Below, piece by piece: positions 62,201 through 64,000 of a stretch of DNA of 64,000 nucleotides. The translations under genes were made by a program, and so were the position numbers. Below the pieces are notes generated by a model. That model had not been told where the DNA came from. It was given only the letters and a program-made list of their open reading frames with translations, and searched no databases. Source of the stretch: Phallusia mammillata (lineage: Eukaryota); the NCBI GenBank assembly GCA_965637545.1, contig OZ281500.1, forward strand, positions 8,184,001 to 8,248,000, written 5' to 3'. Within the stretch, counting starts at the first letter, position 1. The number at the start of each line of letters is the position of its first letter.

Positions 62201-63456
62201 GCTCGACTGATAATCCGACGAAACACCGGAGTCTCGCATACCGGACGAAAAATCTCCTGGAACCAATACAATGCAATAAGCATAAGGCGTGCAAGCGAAA
62301 CATACACTAGATCAGTGATTCTCAACCTGGGGCTGGTCTTTTCAGGTGGTACGCGACTAGGTTTTTGCAATACTTAATTCAAGTCCGACCTAGAATTACT
62401 GCGTAACTGACCCAACTCAGCATTTGTTTCTGTATAGAAACCGCGTCTTGGACGTTTTTTAAGAAAAAAAAGTCGTCAGGTGGTACGCGATAAGGTTGAG
62501 AACCACTACACTAGATGATTTTAACACAACATTGATAGGACTAAGTTTGGATAAAAGAGCAACCTGATGGTTCAATTTTACACATCTCGTTTACCAAGCA
62601 CAAAAAAGCTATGCGTTCAGACATTATTCTGCAAACAGCACACAATCACCAACCTCGATCTCTTACGCCACCCAACGGCTGAGCAGAGCGATTCAATTCA
62701 GGTATTTCCTTTGTGGAGTCATCACCAAAAACGTCGTCCTCCCTACCACTGGGACGTTCGTATGGGTCGCCGCGCTCATAGTCATCGTAGAGGTCAGCGG
62801 GATGTTGCATCTGTTGACTTGCTTGGGGCAGTTGGGGCTGACTGGCAGTTTGGTAGTATTGCTGATTGGGGAATTGCCTCGTAGCTGAGTGATGGTATGA
62901 CGGTTTGCTTGGATGGACACCCCTGTAATGAAGACGAAAGGTTTTAAGGTATTGAGCAGATTTGATTGCAAGTTTAACTTTGTATGCTGTGCGAGTTTAT
63001 TTTCAAAATATAGAGAAGAAACACAAGTCCATTTGCTTCACTGCAAAACATTAAATACCTAGGGGAAAATAGCTTAGCCCCAAACTATTTACGCTGCACA
63101 TATAACTCTCTTGACGTTTAATCTCCAAAGGGTAGCAAAAAATAAGCTAAGGTTAAAGTTAAACTGGTTTGTTTATAAAATTAGGCAATCAATTGAAATG
63201 AGAGTGGGAGCCATTGTTGAATTCAGGTTCATAAATCAGTTTCTCGATGTTACCGCAATAACGTCAATCGGCGAAATCGCATGTCCTCGAAATGTTTGCC
63301 AACACACAGCAATGTCGAAATATAATTTGCCCAACGAACAATAGACAAAGCAAGCGACCTAGGACTTGGACACACACAATGGTGACCGCAACAAAAGTAC
63401 CTTGAAGAAATCACAGGGCGCGCTAAATAAATCATACATTCCCGATAGAATGTCAT
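20263..63456 (-). CDS. shroom: Shroom family actin/Rho-kinase scaffold, about 1799 aa, 23 exons
   Basis: Exons 63456-63401, 62922-62654, 62256-62121, 47500-46603, 46484-45607, 45255-45165, 44694-44570, 44040-43888, 42704-42504, 42262-42140, 42069-41923, 41536-41460, 41308-41205, 40827-40754, 40687-40526, 40067-39540, 37664-37289, 36341-36204, 35611-35466, 21318-21168, 21060-20788, 20677-20549, 20427-20263. Sum 5400 nt, all phases compatible. Hallmarks: [32 protein letters not shown] (ASD1 start), LPPPPPPPE, and ASD2 motifs [65 protein letters not shown]. Confidence 0.92.
25814..26028. mobile_element. hAT MITE, same family as 33703-33932
   Basis: CAGTGGTTCCAAACC ... GGTTGGCACCAATG; TSD CTTTAAAC / TTTTAAAC; internal blocks shared with the 33.7-kb copy. 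Confidence 0.85.
26305..28253. promoter_or_regulatory. Cluster of full CRE palindromes (TGACGTCA), candidate bZIP enhancer
   Basis: Five exact sites at 26305, 26933, 27572, 27784 and 28246, two of them extended to GTGACGTCAC; further sites at 22362 and 32517. Function is inferred. Confidence 0.5.
33703..33932. mobile_element. hAT MITE, same family as 25814-26028
   Basis: CAGTGGTTCCCGACC ... GGTTGGGAACCAGTG; shares CATGTGGTTTGTAAA, TATGTAG.ATATTAGGGA and AATTCGTC.AAAAAGGTTGG; TSD degenerate. Confidence 0.82.
40881..40934. repeat. Dispersed 54-bp repeat, copy 2
   Basis: Ungapped 41/54 match to 971-1024. Confidence 0.7.
43382..43598. mobile_element. hAT MITE
   Basis: CAGGGGTCGGCAACC / GGTTGCCGACCACTG; TSD TTTTATGA / TTTTACAA. 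Confidence 0.9.
44134..44293. mobile_element. hAT-type MITE with CAGGGTTG ends
   Basis: CAGGGTTG ... CAACCCTT; perfect 8-bp TSD CTTATACG; AAATA(A)GG(G)AC subterminal repeats. Confidence 0.85.
56662..56833. repeat. Unclassified repeat (45-bp core plus about 38-bp stem hairpin), copy 2
   Basis: Core CAGCTCCAAAGCGTTCATGCAGACCAGCGATCAAGGCACACCCAT; hairpin arms 56724-56761 and 56793-56833. Confidence 0.85.
60983..61023. repeat. Tandem duplication, period 21
   Basis: AATAAGCAAACCATGATAAG x2. Confidence 0.9.
62121..63456 (-). CDS. shroom: Three putative 5' coding exons of Shroom (Q-rich/acidic N-terminus, no PDZ)
   Basis: [19 protein letters not shown]|[40 protein letters not shown]|[25 protein letters not shown]. 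The last exon ends AG|GTAAGC in phase 2, matching the 47500 acceptor. None of the three appears in its coding frame with the correct boundaries in the ORF track. The first exon is the least certain. Confidence 0.7.
62313..62508. mobile_element. hAT MITE
   Basis: CAGTGATTCTCAACC / GGTTGAGAACCACTA; perfect TSD CACTAGAT; CAGGTGGTACGCGA repeated near both ends. Confidence 0.92.
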
Positions 63457-63746
63457 GTCGACCCTGTGCAGTAACACGCTAGCTCAGGCTAGTATGTGTC
63501 AACATTGTGGCAGATGGCGAAAGTCACGCGATCACGTTGGAATTTGCCTCCATCTTGGTCGAAAGTCTACACCTGCCTGACACGGCGATAACCTGTTATA
63601 CCGTATTTATGCACTTGAGTGTTGGACACACATCCGCCTACTCTACAACCGCTGCGAGTTTGCGCAACTTACTAATTTTTTGAGTCGGATTATGGTAAAA
63701 AGTAAAACCAACTGATCTAGACATGAGGTCTGGTTATAACCCAGAC

Positions 63747-63979
63747 CACTGGTTCCCAAACCGAGTGTCTCGGTCTAGCAAGAGCCACGAATCCATTTTA
63801 AGTTGACCAATCAGCTATTTTACATGTACCGATTTATGATATCGTATGTTGTTACGTTTGCATAGTGGTACGTGCAATAATTTGTGAGTTTCAATTTGGT
63901 TTTGGTATCAGGCGAGCCGCAAACTAAGCTTGAATGATTATTATTTAAGTCATAGATGAAAAATGTTTAAAAAACACTG
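63747..63979. mobile_element. Degenerate hAT MITE
   Basis: CACTGGTTCCCAAACC ... AAAATGTTTAAAAAACACTG; GAGCC(A/G)C motifs; no TSD. Confidence 0.65.
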
Positions 63980-64000
63980 GCCTGCACACCTCCACGACTT

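Overview
Eukaryotic, intron-rich animal DNA; short GT-AG introns and mosaic CpG suggest an ascidian or other invertebrate chordate, which is inference only. I assembled four co-oriented minus-strand genes by hand with consistent exon phases. (1) The 5' half of an adhesion GPCR (gene B, 4197 to <1) with a Thr-rich 45-bp repeat stalk and an EGF-like module. (2) A complete paralogous adhesion GPCR (gene A, 10533-4961, 17 exons, 834 aa) whose GPS lacks one disulfide pair. (3) An 8-exon, 948-aa coiled-coil plus TKL/RIPK-like pseudokinase (17849-14045; catalytic loop HLNLRPSN). (4) A 23-exon, about 1800-aa Shroom (63456-20263) with an intact ASD2, a partial ASD1, no PDZ in the window and two introns of about 14 kb. 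The window also holds about 13 non-autonomous hAT-type MITEs (8-bp TSDs where preserved), a retroposed tRNA-like element and several unexplained hairpin or repeat elements. The most notable observations are the pseudokinase, a CRE (TGACGTCA) cluster in the giant intron just upstream of the ASD2 core (possible internal ASD2-only isoform), a MITE whose TSD duplicates a splice acceptor, a stop-free 54-nt GC-AG intron, and a CpG-depleted block in the kinase gene. No prokaryotic systems, CRISPR arrays or autonomous transposases were seen. All gene models and counts are manual and need RNA-seq or alignment confirmation.
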